A stretch of 64,000 nucleotides of DNA from a virus (IMGVR_UViG_3300017912_002752); one strand, 5' to 3'. Shown: positions 1-9,077, counted from the first letter of the stretch. A program made the numbers and translations. Notes: generated by a model not told the origin, from the letters alone.

Positions 1-275
1 AGATTTACTTTTTCACCATCTAACTTAAGTTGGATTCCTGTATTAGGTACAATTACCATATCACCAACTTTTAATTTCATAGGTATTTCTGTACCTGTTG
101 AGGTAAATATACCACTACCAACTGCGAGTACTTCACCTTTCATCTGTTCTTTGTTAGATTCAGGTTTGTATAACCCACCTTTGGTCTTTTCCTCTTCTTT
201 GATTACTTTGACTAAAACATAGTCATTTAGTGGTTCATACGATTGCCACCACTTCTTTTTTGCAGTCTTTGCCAT
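1..275 (-). CDS. groES: co-chaperonin GroES (runs off window edge)
   Basis: Manual translation from ATG at 275: MAKTAKKKWWQSYEPLNDYVLVKVIKEEEKTKGGLYKP...GEVLAVGSG...MKLKVGDMVIV; classic Cpn10 motifs; not in ORF track. Confidence 0.9.
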   Translation of the reverse strand, partial: MAKTAKKKWWQSYEPLNDYVLVKVIKEEEKTKGGLYKPESNKEQMKGEVLAVGSGIFTSTGTEIPMKLKVGDMVIVPNTGIQLKLDGEKVN

Positions 276-295
276 AACTTCTTTCTAATTTGTTT

Positions 296-327
296 ACAAT
301 ATACAACTTTTTTTTGATATACACAAG
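296..327 (-). promoter_or_regulatory. Bacteroidota-type sigma promoter upstream of groES
   Basis: Minus strand CTTG-N20-TATATTGT, same spacing as the other promoters. Confidence 0.55.
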
Positions 328-329
328 TA

Positions 330-608
330 TTATTCTTGATTTCTTTTTAATATCTCAATCACTTGTCTTAAATCTTCTGAATCACGGAATACTATTGCAT
401 TATCCGTAATTGTTACTTCCAACTCATTATCCCACTCATCAGTAGTATTTGATTGGAATTCAATCTCATCAATTAATAATGAATAAAATGCTGGTGGTTC
501 GAACTCTTCGAATACACCATCCATGTTCACAACACTATATTCGTTATTAACTGATGTCTCTTCTCTATCGAAACCTAATTCGATGAGGTCTTGTTCAGTT
601 ATCATCAT
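330..608 (-). CDS. hypothetical acidic protein
   Basis: ORF tightly packed with neighbours; MITEQDLIELGF start. Confidence 0.7.
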   Translation of the reverse strand: MMITEQDLIELGFDREETSVNNEYSVVNMDGVFEEFEPPAFYSLLIDEIEFQSNTTDEWDNELEVTITDNAIVFRDSEDLRQVIEILKRNQE

Positions 609-820
609 TATATTTTCCCCGCGTCTAACTTATCAGTATTATTAATATCTTCAATTAATGACTCAATTTTTTCCTTGGTTAAATCTATGAAACCATCTTC
701 TAACAAACCATATACTTCCCAAAGATTGTCTACAACTAATCTTTTTGAACATAAAGGACTTTTTGCTTTGATTTCTTTTCCTTCCGTTAACCAATCTTTT
801 ACATCGTCTCTTAAACTCAT
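608..820 (-). CDS. hypothetical protein
   Basis: ORF abutting neighbours. Confidence 0.65.
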   Translation of the reverse strand: MSLRDDVKDWLTEGKEIKAKSPLCSKRLVVDNLWEVYGLLEDGFIDLTKEKIESLIEDINNTDKLDAGKI

Positions 821-830
821 GTTACCATAA

Positions 831-1181
831 TTATACCATTACACTATCAAACCCACCATTCTTGTCAACAATAATTCCTTTTGCTCTGACTTGAGAAGGA
901 TTTTTATCACTTTTATTGTTGATTAAGATTCTCTCATCTCTACCAATTCCCATCACTAACTGATGAAATGGTATTCCTAAGATATCCATTTCTTGAATTG
1001 TATCGTCTCTCAAAGACTCAGGTCTTGCGGTAGTCAATACAATATGGTGTCCACTTTTGAACCATGAAACCATCTTCTCAACTACACCAGGCAGTGCCTT
1101 AGATTTGAAAGGGTCAATATCATCGAAAGGTACTTGGTAAACCAAAGTCCCATCGATATCGCTAAAAATTGTTTTACTCAT
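831..1181 (-). CDS. HAD-superfamily phosphatase
   Basis: Motif I IFSDIDGTL, motif II LTTARP; start moved to ATG 1181 (or 1190) because the promoter lies at 1201-1232. Confidence 0.8.
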   Translation of the reverse strand: MSKTIFSDIDGTLVYQVPFDDIDPFKSKALPGVVEKMVSWFKSGHHIVLTTARPESLRDDTIQEMDILGIPFHQLVMGIGRDERILINNKSDKNPSQVRAKGIIVDKNGGFDSVMV

Positions 1182-1200
1182 ATTTCTCATTTTTACAGTA

Positions 1201-1256
1201 CTAAAGTACAAAATTTATTTATAATTTCCAAACTTTTAATATTAAATAATTGTTAA
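1201..1256 (-). promoter_or_regulatory. promoter with upstream 11-bp-period direct repeat
   Basis: TTAACA-N5-TTAATA-N7-TTTG-N20-TACTTTAG. Confidence 0.75.
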
Positions 1257-1259
1257 ATT

Positions 1260-1901
1260 TTACCAGTTTTCTCTTCTTTTTTGTTCATCATCCCATACCC
1301 AACTCATCAATCTTGTTTCTTCTACATCATGCAAAACGATTGTTTTATCTGTAATTTTACTATCGTAGAAATATTCATATCCAAAACAAGCAACATCACC
1401 TTCTATTTCTTGAATAATTCTATCAGAAAACATCTTACAACCATTTGCCCAATTTATATCGTGATAAGTATCCATTAATTGATAAATCATTCTTGCACCA
1501 GGCGTTGAACCATATACAGTACAATCAAATAGTGTATTGTTTGCTTGGGTTGGTTTCAAACCTGTAAAGAATGTTATATTTTCTGAAAGTTGATTTAGGA
1601 CAATATCAAATGATTGGACTGGCTTACAATCTGCATCACAATATATTCCACCATAGTCTCTAAGTAATAGTAATCTAATTCTGTCACATATAAATGCCCA
1701 TCGATATAAATCCGGCTCTCTGAGATAATTTGTTAGGTATGGGTCATCTTTGTACATTTCAAATACCTCATTACCCCAAACTTTACAATCATAGTCAAGA
1801 TTTACTACTGCCATATCATCAGTAAACTTTTTGATATAATCAGGTATGGGGTTTTCACCAACCCATAGTTGGTGTATTATTTTAGGTATTTTTGTTTTCA
1901 T
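1260..1901 (-). CDS. GT32/OCH1-like DXD glycosyltransferase
   Basis: KIPKIIHQLW, DRIRLLLLRDYGGIYCDAD motifs. Confidence 0.85.
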   Translation of the reverse strand: MKTKIPKIIHQLWVGENPIPDYIKKFTDDMAVVNLDYDCKVWGNEVFEMYKDDPYLTNYLREPDLYRWAFICDRIRLLLLRDYGGIYCDADCKPVQSFDIVLNQLSENITFFTGLKPTQANNTLFDCTVYGSTPGARMIYQLMDTYHDINWANGCKMFSDRIIQEIEGDVACFGYEYFYDSKITDKTIVLHDVEETRLMSWVWDDEQKRRENW

Positions 1902-2086
1902 ATACTTAAGTGTCCTAATTTTTCGTGTAACCTCTTCATGTGTTTACATGGTGAATAAGGCCTAAACTCTCTTGCTTTACATTCACAATCTGATATGTGA
2001 TAATCCGTAACAGTTACATTGTAATAAGACAACTTACCTGTCTTCTTGTTACGACTACCCATTTCTCTATACTGCCACTTCCTCAT
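1898..2086 (-). CDS. SWIM zinc-finger protein
   Basis: CECKAREFRPYSPCKH (CxC...CxH). Confidence 0.7.
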   Translation of the reverse strand: MRKWQYREMGSRNKKTGKLSYYNVTVTDYHISDCECKAREFRPYSPCKHMKRLHEKLGHLSI

Positions 2087-2354
2087 CGTCTATTTTTTTC
2101 ATTAGTAAATCATACGACAACTCAGTTGGTTCTTGAAATAGAACCTCATGGTCACGATACTCAAACTTTTCCAAGTCATTGGATTGTTCCTTAACTATCT
2201 CAGTTAATTTACCTTCCAAGTCATCAGTATACATTACAACATCCGTTGCCACTTCCATTGTGAACTGATGTCCACCTTTCGGTTTCCAATGAGTTCGTCC
2301 CTCATGAAATCCATAATTCTCATAATACTGAGTATCAATTACAATCTTTGCCAT
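2067..2354 (-). CDS. hypothetical phage protein
   Basis: ORF with TQYYENYG...HWKPKGG motif. Confidence 0.7.
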   Translation of the reverse strand: MAKIVIDTQYYENYGFHEGRTHWKPKGGHQFTMEVATDVVMYTDDLEGKLTEIVKEQSNDLEKFEYRDHEVLFQEPTELSYDLLMKKIDDEEVAV

Positions 2355-2366
2355 ATTTCTTAATTT

Positions 2367-2522
2367 TTAATGAACAATAAAATCTGTTAACTCTTCACCG
2401 ATACCAACTCCGTTTTTAGTTATCTCATAACTGGGGTCCATACCTGAACTAATTACTGAATCAACTAGCTCTTGAATCGTATCAAAACTTTTATCATAAT
2501 AACTACAATCTAAACTATACAT
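2367..2522 (-). CDS. hypothetical protein
   Basis: Likely start ATG 2522 (MYSLDCSYY) after the upstream small ORF. Confidence 0.6.
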   Translation of the reverse strand: MYSLDCSYYDKSFDTIQELVDSVISSGMDPSYEITKNGVGIGEELTDFIVH

Positions 2523-2533
2523 ATTTTTTATTT

Positions 2534-2674
2534 TTAACATGGACAGAATATCCACAATGAAACATATAACAATGCGAAAACACTACCTATAAACAAGGTA
2601 GAAACAATTGCATCTACTGGATTTTCAATCAAATACTTTACTGCCTCTTTATTAAATTCGTACCAATCTTTCAT
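2534..2674 (-). CDS. small membrane protein (46 aa)
   Basis: Manual: MKDWYEFNKEAVKYLIENPVDAIVSTLFIGSVFALLYVSLWIFCPC; one hydrophobic segment. Confidence 0.6.
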   Translation of the reverse strand: MKDWYEFNKEAVKYLIENPVDAIVSTLFIGSVFALLYVSLWIFCPC

Positions 2675-2695
2675 ATTTTTTACTTTTTAGTTTTT

Positions 2696-2760
2696 AAAAA
2701 AAAGGTGGTTTGTTTCACAGGTTTTTGTCCCTTAAGTCTAACCACCTTAAGAAAAGACTT
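2696..2760 (-). ncRNA. candidate structured RNA (H-type pseudoknot) or terminator
   Basis: AAGTCT/AGACTT and AAGGTGGTT/AACCACCTT interleaved stems followed by U-run. Confidence 0.45.
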
Positions 2761-2768
2761 GCGTTTCT

Positions 2769-2996
2769 TTATACAAATGAACCACTATTGATAAACTTAC
2801 TAACAACTCCGTATTCTGAGTGACTTAAAGCGTCATACCAATCTGATGCCACCTCATCTTCTACAAGAGATATCGGACAATCAAAGTCTGGTTTGTTGTT
2901 AACAAATGCTGGATAAACAATTCCTGTGTTGGTGTCGACCCAACTTCCTACTGATTTCAATTCTACTAAATTCATATTTTTTAATTTATTACTCAT
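2769..2996 (-). CDS. hypothetical protein
   Basis: ORF directly below a repeat-bearing promoter. Confidence 0.65.
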   Translation of the reverse strand: MSNKLKNMNLVELKSVGSWVDTNTGIVYPAFVNNKPDFDCPISLVEDEVASDWYDALSHSEYGVVSKFINSGSFV

Positions 2997-3006
2997 TATT
3001 ACACTA

Positions 3007-3062
3007 CTAATATCGTTAATTTTTTTGACAATTCCAAATTTTTAATGTTAAGAAATTGTTAA
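3007..3062 (-). promoter_or_regulatory. promoter with TTAACA direct repeat
   Basis: TTAACA-N5-TTAACA-N7-TTTG-N20-GATATTAG. Confidence 0.75.
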
Positions 3063-3065
3063 ATT

Positions 3066-3704
3066 TTATACACATCCCATTATTGAATCGATGTTCTTAA
3101 GAACACTTTTACTCATGTATTCTTTATTCCAATCTAACCAGCCACCTTTTTGAACAACCTTGTCAATATATTCTTGAGTGTTGTCATTTTGGTGAGTGTA
3201 GTTCTTACTGATTTCACACCACTCGTTCCACTCATTTATCCAATATTCTTTTGAACCCCAATTAGGTTTGTTCTCAATAAAGATGTAAGAAGGAAAATAC
3301 TTTAATGGAGTGCCATTGTCAGTAGTTGGTGAATCTTCTCTCATTTCGTACATATCAATCATACCATTGAAAGTACCACCTTGTAAGATACCTTTCCAAG
3401 TCTCTATCTTTTGAAAATCAATAGGGTCTACTTTAGAACCATCTTTCTTACAGACATTCACTCTTACTGAAGAACCACCACTATAAACATCAGAAGTAGC
3501 GGAACAAACTAAGTTAGGAAAGTTTTTCTTGACATATTGTTTGATTATCGAAGCGCAATACTTTGCTCTCATTTGGATGTAAGTTTCGTCATCCCATTGA
3601 GTTGAACCTTTTAGTACTAATGCTGCTTTTGGTAATTCGTAGATATCACCATTGATTGTTAATTTGATTTTTTTACTCATATTTTTTAATTTACTATTTC
3701 TCAT
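3066..3704 (-). CDS. LPD29-like (large polyvalent protein-associated domain) protein
   Basis: IKQYVKKNFPNLVCSATSDVYSGGSSVRV and FNGMIDMY resemble LPD29. Confidence 0.6.
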   Translation of the reverse strand: MRNSKLKNMSKKIKLTINGDIYELPKAALVLKGSTQWDDETYIQMRAKYCASIIKQYVKKNFPNLVCSATSDVYSGGSSVRVNVCKKDGSKVDPIDFQKIETWKGILQGGTFNGMIDMYEMREDSPTTDNGTPLKYFPSYIFIENKPNWGSKEYWINEWNEWCEISKNYTHQNDNTQEYIDKVVQKGGWLDWNKEYMSKSVLKNIDSIMGCV

Positions 3705-3714
3705 TCTTACATAG

Positions 3715-3770
3715 TAAAGATACGCAAAAGATATGGTTTCGCCAAATTTCTAATGTTAAATAATTGTTAA
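3715..3770 (-). promoter_or_regulatory. promoter with TTAACA direct repeat
   Basis: TTAACA-N5-TTAACA-N7-TTTG-N20-TATCTTTA. Confidence 0.8.
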
Positions 3771-3773
3771 ATT

Positions 3774-4406
3774 TTACCTAAATTTGAATTTTTTTCGTGG
3801 TTTTTCCCACATATCATAGACTTCGTCTTTTTCATATCCAAAATTAACATAATCATTGTAAAATCTATCATAACAAACTTGTCTAAGGTGTTGTTCATCA
3901 AATGAAACTCTTGGAAAGGCTGACTTACCTATAAATGGAATCTCAAAATCATCAGGCATAAACCAAAGTTCTTTTAAGTCTTCTTTAATACTTTCTGCTC
4001 TGATGAGTAAATCTACTTGTGGTCCAACATTTTTTATCCCATTCCACAATCCCCATGCATCTATCCAATCTTGTGACATAGATTGTAGAGATTCTATTGG
4101 TCCAGCTTTGGGGTCATCAATTTCGTGTTGTTGTCCTGAGTATGCGTACTTCCAATAACTTAACCACCTATAATATGGATGTCTGATACTAGCTATGTGA
4201 ATGTAATCATCACCTGCCTCTTCAGGCCAAATGTTTACATGGGTAAAATTAGATGGGTGTTCTTCACTTGGCCAATCGGGGTTTAAATCACAATGTTCTA
4301 TAAAAATATCTCTTACAGACCTTGATGCAACCTTTGCAGGTGCAGTCCATACAAATTTGTATTTGTGACTTATATTTGCACCCCTTTTTTGACTATCAAA
4401 TGACAT
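3774..4406 (-). CDS. sulfotransferase family 2-like protein
   Basis: 5'-PSB-like PAKVASRS and 3'-PB-like IRHPYYRWLSYW; C-terminal DYVNFGY. Confidence 0.75.
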   Translation of the reverse strand: MSFDSQKRGANISHKYKFVWTAPAKVASRSVRDIFIEHCDLNPDWPSEEHPSNFTHVNIWPEEAGDDYIHIASIRHPYYRWLSYWKYAYSGQQHEIDDPKAGPIESLQSMSQDWIDAWGLWNGIKNVGPQVDLLIRAESIKEDLKELWFMPDDFEIPFIGKSAFPRVSFDEQHLRQVCYDRFYNDYVNFGYEKDEVYDMWEKPRKKFKFR

Positions 4407-4987
4407 TATCTCTCTGTATTAAAAAAGAATGTTTGGAATAATCTTCCATCGTATTTGTCTCTACCAAAATAATCTAAAGACTGATGAAAGAAATCACCTC
4501 TATAAATTACTAATCTGTTATAGACATTTGCTAATCTTTCAGTCATTTCCCATTTTGTCATGTCTTGGGAATCTTTGTAAATTTCATCCATTAGTTCTTT
4601 ATCATAAGAACCATCGTCTTTTAGTGGATGACTAACTAAGCCAGTTTCTTTGTGTTTAAATAAACCTGTTCCTGCGCTCAATGGGGCGTTTGGTGTTAAG
4701 TAACAAACTCCTGCCCATCTCGTTGTATTATCACAATGAATCCAACTTCTTTCTCTTGAAGTTGTGTATTGATATGCTCCTGTATATTCATCACCCCAAT
4801 CAATAATTCTACCCCATTGTGGTGACAATATACCTTCAATGGTATCCATTACTGATTTATTGAGAAAGGGTTTTGTTCTTTGTCCTGGGTAGTTACCTCT
4901 GACACCGAAGTCTTGTTGTAGTGCGAATTCTCTTACTTCATCTACATTTGAGTAAAAGTCATCAACAATGTATGCGTTTACATTCAT
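4406..4987 (-). CDS. 2OG-Fe(II) oxygenase-like (DUF6445-like)
   Basis: IVDDFY, NYPGQRT, WIHCD, YNRLVIY...FHQS, RLFQTFF. Confidence 0.8.
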   Translation of the reverse strand: MNVNAYIVDDFYSNVDEVREFALQQDFGVRGNYPGQRTKPFLNKSVMDTIEGILSPQWGRIIDWGDEYTGAYQYTTSRERSWIHCDNTTRWAGVCYLTPNAPLSAGTGLFKHKETGLVSHPLKDDGSYDKELMDEIYKDSQDMTKWEMTERLANVYNRLVIYRGDFFHQSLDYFGRDKYDGRLFQTFFFNTER

Positions 4988-5003
4988 AACTTTTTTCTAA
5001 TAA

Positions 5004-5147
5004 TTAAATTGTTCTAAATCTTCTCGATGAATTCCAATATATTCTTGGAGTTGCTCCTAAGTACTTTTTTTTATGAAGTCTTTCATTGAAATCGTTACGA
5101 GTCTGATTTAGTTGTGCGTTTCCGTTTTGTTGTTCTTGATTTACCAT
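5004..5147 (-). CDS. small hypothetical protein (47 aa)
   Basis: Manual translation MVNQEQQNGNAQLNQTRNDF...RRFRTI fills the intergenic gap. Confidence 0.55.
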   Translation of the reverse strand: MVNQEQQNGNAQLNQTRNDFNERLHKKKYLGATPRIYWNSSRRFRTI

Positions 5148-5151
5148 TAAT

Positions 5152-6060
5152 TTATCTCATATACTTTGTTATACTTTCAGGTGCGTTGTCTTTAACCCAC
5201 GCGAATAGTAACATTTTCCAAGTCTTTTCAGGTAGAATTCCTTTACCCTCTCTTTTAACTGGCAGAGATAAGAATCCTTTTGCTATTCCTTCTACATTGT
5301 TTCCGTCTGCGTCCTTGTAGAATACCGTATGTTTTGGGTTGTTAAGAATCACATCAACCCTACCATTTAATCCATTTGGCATTGCCTTTGTTATAAGACC
5401 CCAAACAGTATTTGCTGCACCTTCATGAGTTTTTAGTAAAATATCTTCAGGCACCATTCGTTCTCGTTTTCTATTATTTTCCATTGCGGTTACATAGTTA
5501 GTAAGTACCCATGTTAAGTGAATATTTTTAGACTGATATCCGGCTTTCTTTAACATTGGAATTACATTTGTAATATCTGTAACATCCTTTGCGGTGATGT
5601 CAAACATGATATTAGGAAGTGTTTCAGGATTATCTTTTCCGACTAATAGTTTTTCTAAGGAACTATCTTTGATACCTGTTGCTTTTACTAATTGATGTAA
5701 TGCTCTAACATGGTCAGGTTTTTTTAGTTGTAAGTTTCTTAACTGAAACCCTTGTGATTGTAAATTTCTGATGTTTTCTATTTCTTTTGCTGGAATGTTT
5801 CTACCATATTTCTTTATGATACCATCTATGTCTATTTTACCTAATCTGTTTAGAATTTGAAGTTGTTTTTTCATTTGGTCAACATCACGAACTTTAAATG
5901 CGGTGTTGTCTATAAAATGTGAACTTGAGAAACCTTTACCACTACCTGCACCACCTGCCAAAAAGACAACTTGACCATAAGGTTTTCTTTGATTATATAC
6001 AATTAATTTTTCATCTAATTGTTCTTCTGTGATTACTTCGTATATTAAATCTTTAATCAT
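5152..6060 (-). CDS. P-loop kinase (zeta-toxin/AAA_33-like), possibly head-packaged
   Basis: Walker A VFLAGGAGSGKG; NRKRER lid; N-terminal LIYE/LDE leader. Confidence 0.7.
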   Translation of the reverse strand: MIKDLIYEVITEEQLDEKLIVYNQRKPYGQVVFLAGGAGSGKGFSSSHFIDNTAFKVRDVDQMKKQLQILNRLGKIDIDGIIKKYGRNIPAKEIENIRNLQSQGFQLRNLQLKKPDHVRALHQLVKATGIKDSSLEKLLVGKDNPETLPNIMFDITAKDVTDITNVIPMLKKAGYQSKNIHLTWVLTNYVTAMENNRKRERMVPEDILLKTHEGAANTVWGLITKAMPNGLNGRVDVILNNPKHTVFYKDADGNNVEGIAKGFLSLPVKREGKGILPEKTWKMLLFAWVKDNAPESITKYMR

Positions 6061-6333
6061 TTATGCCCTTTTCTGAAACTTTCGTTTTAATCTTTTCTGT
6101 TTTTCAGTTTCTGGTCTTACACTTTTTACACTATCTGCCGAACCTGGCTGACCTTGTACTTTATAGGGAAACATCTTATTTAGTTTATCCTGGCGTTCAT
6201 CACACCCACAATCGTCTGCTCCTGCCACCTCTGCAATCTTTTCAGCAAGTTTATCTAACTTTGTGGCCGATGTGATTTTTTTAATTGTATCACCCAATCC
6301 TTTTGATTGTTCATTCCATTTCATAATTTTCAC
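6061..6333 (-). CDS. conserved phage hypothetical protein
   Basis: GLGDTIKKIT...DCGCDERQDKLNKMFPY motif. Confidence 0.7.
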   Translation of the reverse strand: MKIMKWNEQSKGLGDTIKKITSATKLDKLAEKIAEVAGADDCGCDERQDKLNKMFPYKVQGQPGSADSVKSVRPETEKQKRLKRKFQKRA

Positions 6334-6550
6334 CTATTTCAACATTGAAACCATCTTTAAGAAACAATTGATATAGGTTTTCAACCATTACCATGTCCCC
6401 TGTATAAATATCACACTTTCCATTATTATGTACTATTTGAGCTATCGATTGTCCCTGTGTCACTGGATACGACAAATACTTTCTTAGTACTCTAATAACA
6501 TCCTCAAAAGAGTGATGGTCATCATTTAATAAATATAGTGTTGAATTCAT
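6311..6550 (-). CDS. clpS: ClpS-like Clp protease adaptor
   Basis: LYLLNDDHHSFEDVIRVL...AQIVHNNGKC. Confidence 0.75.
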   Translation of the reverse strand: MNSTLYLLNDDHHSFEDVIRVLRKYLSYPVTQGQSIAQIVHNNGKCDIYTGDMVMVENLYQLFLKDGFNVEIGENYEME

Positions 6551-6726
6551 AAATCATAATAAATTACATTTTCTATATCGTATTCATTTTTATACTTTTC
6601 AACATATATTGGTACTTCGATACTTGCACCTATAACTGCTTCAACTTTTACATCATCATTTGTTTGTACATAAACTATAAACTCTTCCTCAAACATTGGG
6701 TCAAGTTTTTTTACTACTATTTTCAT
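6547..6726 (-). CDS. hypothetical protein (59 aa)
   Basis: Manual translation MKIVVKKLDPMFEEEFIVYVQ...; ATGA overlap with clpS. Confidence 0.6.
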   Translation of the reverse strand: MKIVVKKLDPMFEEEFIVYVQTNDDVKVEAVIGASIEVPIYVEKYKNEYDIENVIYYDL

Positions 6727-6913
6727 TTGGTTTCTCCAACATATCCATTAGCTCTTTAATGTGTTGACATTTAGTATAATCTTCTATATCTTCATAGAAG
6801 TTTAACATCTTGTTCAACAAGCGTTTTTTAGTAGACAAATCAATGTAATCAGGATTATACAATAAGATATCGTAAACCTCATCCATTGCCTTTGTTACAT
6901 ATTCTTCAGCCAT
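6701..6913 (-). CDS. hypothetical protein
   Basis: FYEDIEDYTKCQHIK UVR-like helix motif. Confidence 0.65.
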   Translation of the reverse strand: MAEEYVTKAMDEVYDILLYNPDYIDLSTKKRLLNKMLNFYEDIEDYTKCQHIKELMDMLEKPNENSSKKT

Positions 6914-6939
6914 AAATATATTTTGGAAAGTTAATAAAA

Positions 6940-7323
6940 CTACATTTTTGCGATAGCTTCAGAGAAAATCCACCCTAAAATACCAACAATACCACTAAAA
7001 AGTACCCAAAGTGCCTTTACAACACCACTTTTCCACTCTTGAAGTTTTTCCAGCTCGTTTTTTAATTCTGATATTTCTTCAGGTAATTCACCTGCATTTT
7101 TTCTGAATTCAGTATTTTTGTTTACTCTGACAATTACACCATTTTCTGGATTAAGTAAGGTATATTTTATATCTGAGAAATCTTCCTTTAAATCTTGTTG
7201 AAACTCGTGTAGAGCATTGATTGTTTGTTCCATTCGTTTAAGTTCACCATTTGGTAACTTAGTTTTCATCTTCCCAATCTCTGCGAGAATCTCGTTAAGT
7301 ATGTCTTTTTGTGTACCTGCCAT
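6940..7323 (-). CDS. coiled-coil protein with C-terminal TM helix
   Basis: Heptad-like region, then ALWVLFSGIVGILGWIF. Confidence 0.7.
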   Translation of the reverse strand: MAGTQKDILNEILAEIGKMKTKLPNGELKRMEQTINALHEFQQDLKEDFSDIKYTLLNPENGVIVRVNKNTEFRKNAGELPEEISELKNELEKLQEWKSGVVKALWVLFSGIVGILGWIFSEAIAKM

Positions 7324-7343
7324 TGCGTAAATCCCTTTTATTT

Positions 7344-8072
7344 TTATAAATATGAAGTTTTATACCAAATCGCAGCTTTACTATCTGATTTTTCGTGTTC
7401 TGGTCTATCTTTTGTAAAGTAATATAATGCGAATGAATATCTTGATACTTCCTCAGGACAAACTAATGGTGTTGGGTGTCCATGTATTGAGTCATCCGTT
7501 GTATTAAATATTACTGCTCTATTAAATGTAGGTAGTATAGATTTTACCTTAACTAATGGGTCTTTTTCATATAAATCTAAATGACCATTATAGTTCCAAT
7601 TTGGAGTAAGATATAATAGTAAGTTAATTCTTCTCCAGATATCTTTGTTTGGATGTTTGTTATAGTCTGAATGTAATTCTAATCTACCACCATTTTTAAT
7701 TTTGTGAATTCCACCACCTTCGAAGTCAACATCTGCAATCAAATCTTTTATGCCTGTTAAATTCTCTAAAAATAATAAAAATGGTCTTGAGTTAAAATAT
7801 TGTAAACATTTCCAAACTGCGGGCATATCTGATTCTATTCTGTTTTTGGAATCTGTATCGAATGGAGTCCACCATTTGTTTACCTGCGAGTCCCTTTCGT
7901 CTTCAGGATATCCCATCATAGAATCAAACATCCACTCTTGGTGTTGAGACATTTGATTGTAACATTGTAACGCCAAGTCTTCTGGTATGAAGTCATCAAT
8001 GACAATATGTGGAAACGGATTTGCTAATGCGTAGTTTGACCTACAACTATCAGCCAATGATTTGTTTATCAT
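7344..8072 (-). CDS. 2OG-Fe(II) oxygenase (prolyl-hydroxylase-like)
   Basis: PFPHIVIDDF, GGGIH, LHSD, FNRAVIF...HGHP, RYSFALYY. Confidence 0.85.
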   Translation of the reverse strand: MINKSLADSCRSNYALANPFPHIVIDDFIPEDLALQCYNQMSQHQEWMFDSMMGYPEDERDSQVNKWWTPFDTDSKNRIESDMPAVWKCLQYFNSRPFLLFLENLTGIKDLIADVDFEGGGIHKIKNGGRLELHSDYNKHPNKDIWRRINLLLYLTPNWNYNGHLDLYEKDPLVKVKSILPTFNRAVIFNTTDDSIHGHPTPLVCPEEVSRYSFALYYFTKDRPEHEKSDSKAAIWYKTSYL

Positions 8073-8638
8073 AACTTATTTGTATATAATTCTTGTATAT
8101 AATTCTCTAATATTTCTTTTCTCTGACTTGGTTTAAGATGTTCTACTGCAAGTACAGATTTGATTCTAACATTAGGATATTTTTTCTGTAATTTTTGTAC
8201 TGCTCTTACATTCTTTATTGAGTCATCCATGAATGCGATGTCAGTATATCCCTTCTCAATATGTTTCTCAATCCAATCTGCTTTGTCTTTAGGATTATTA
8301 CTTGCCAATGTGACAGGATAAACATCCATACCATAAGTGTCTTTGAAAAACTTTCTGATTGGAAATCCTAATGCTCTTGCGGTTAATATTGTTACCTTTT
8401 TTTCTGGATTAGATAACATCTTCTGTAATAATTTGAAATTCTTTTTGATTACTTTAGGATTATTCAACATACTATTGAAATCTCTAAAGTCAAACTCATC
8501 ACCCCTTTGTGGTTTGTATTTTGCGTATTGTCCAGGGTCTAATGTAGTTTCTGTACCATCTTTATGTGTAACATAGATATATGCGGTACTCTTTGCGAGT
8601 GTATCATCAAAATCAAAAACTCTTAATACTCTACCCAT
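8069..8638 (-). CDS. HAD-superfamily hydrolase
   Basis: VFDFDDTL, ILTAR, FMDDSIKN. Confidence 0.8.
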   Translation of the reverse strand: MGRVLRVFDFDDTLAKSTAYIYVTHKDGTETTLDPGQYAKYKPQRGDEFDFRDFNSMLNNPKVIKKNFKLLQKMLSNPEKKVTILTARALGFPIRKFFKDTYGMDVYPVTLASNNPKDKADWIEKHIEKGYTDIAFMDDSIKNVRAVQKLQKKYPNVRIKSVLAVEHLKPSQRKEILENYIQELYTNKL

Positions 8639-8654
8639 AATTTATCCTTTTGAA

Positions 8655-8686
8655 TAAATATACGAAAATATTCGCAAATATCCAAA
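8655..8686 (-). promoter_or_regulatory. Bacteroidota-type promoter
   Basis: TTTG-N20-TATATTTA. Confidence 0.7.
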
Positions 8687-8689
8687 CTT

Positions 8690-9067
8690 TTATTTGATTT
8701 TCTTTAGGATAGGTTCTATATCTAATGCTATCGTATACTGTTCTTTATGTCTGTATGCGATAGGTTCAAACTTTTGTTTTGTTATCTTCGATACGAACTT
8801 TGCTAATTGTTTAGTGATATCATCTTTTGATATACTACCTAAACTATCAATCTTATCTAAATCTTTTGAACTCTTTGGAATACAAACTAAAGTTGGTCCT
8901 TTACCTAAAAAATCAGGATGAACATAATTAAAATTAAACTCAACATATTGAGATGGCATTTGTGCGTCTTTTGCGTTTGATGTTAATACAACCTTTGCTT
9001 TTCCATAAAACATTACTTCGTTTAATGGTTGTTTTCCTTCGTTTAATATGTCTTTTAATTTTATCAT
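8690..9067 (-). CDS. hypothetical protein, candidate internal head protein
   Basis: Leader MIKLKDILNEGKQPLNE with LxE sites. Confidence 0.65.
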   Translation of the reverse strand: MIKLKDILNEGKQPLNEVMFYGKAKVVLTSNAKDAQMPSQYVEFNFNYVHPDFLGKGPTLVCIPKSSKDLDKIDSLGSISKDDITKQLAKFVSKITKQKFEPIAYRHKEQYTIALDIEPILKKIK

Positions 9068-9077
9068 AATTTTCTTT

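Noticed and set aside
2711-2735. c-di-GMP-I riboswitch or hammerhead ribozyme
   Set aside because: GGGACAAAAACC...GAAA is only superficially similar; the required stems and the CUGAUGA core are missing
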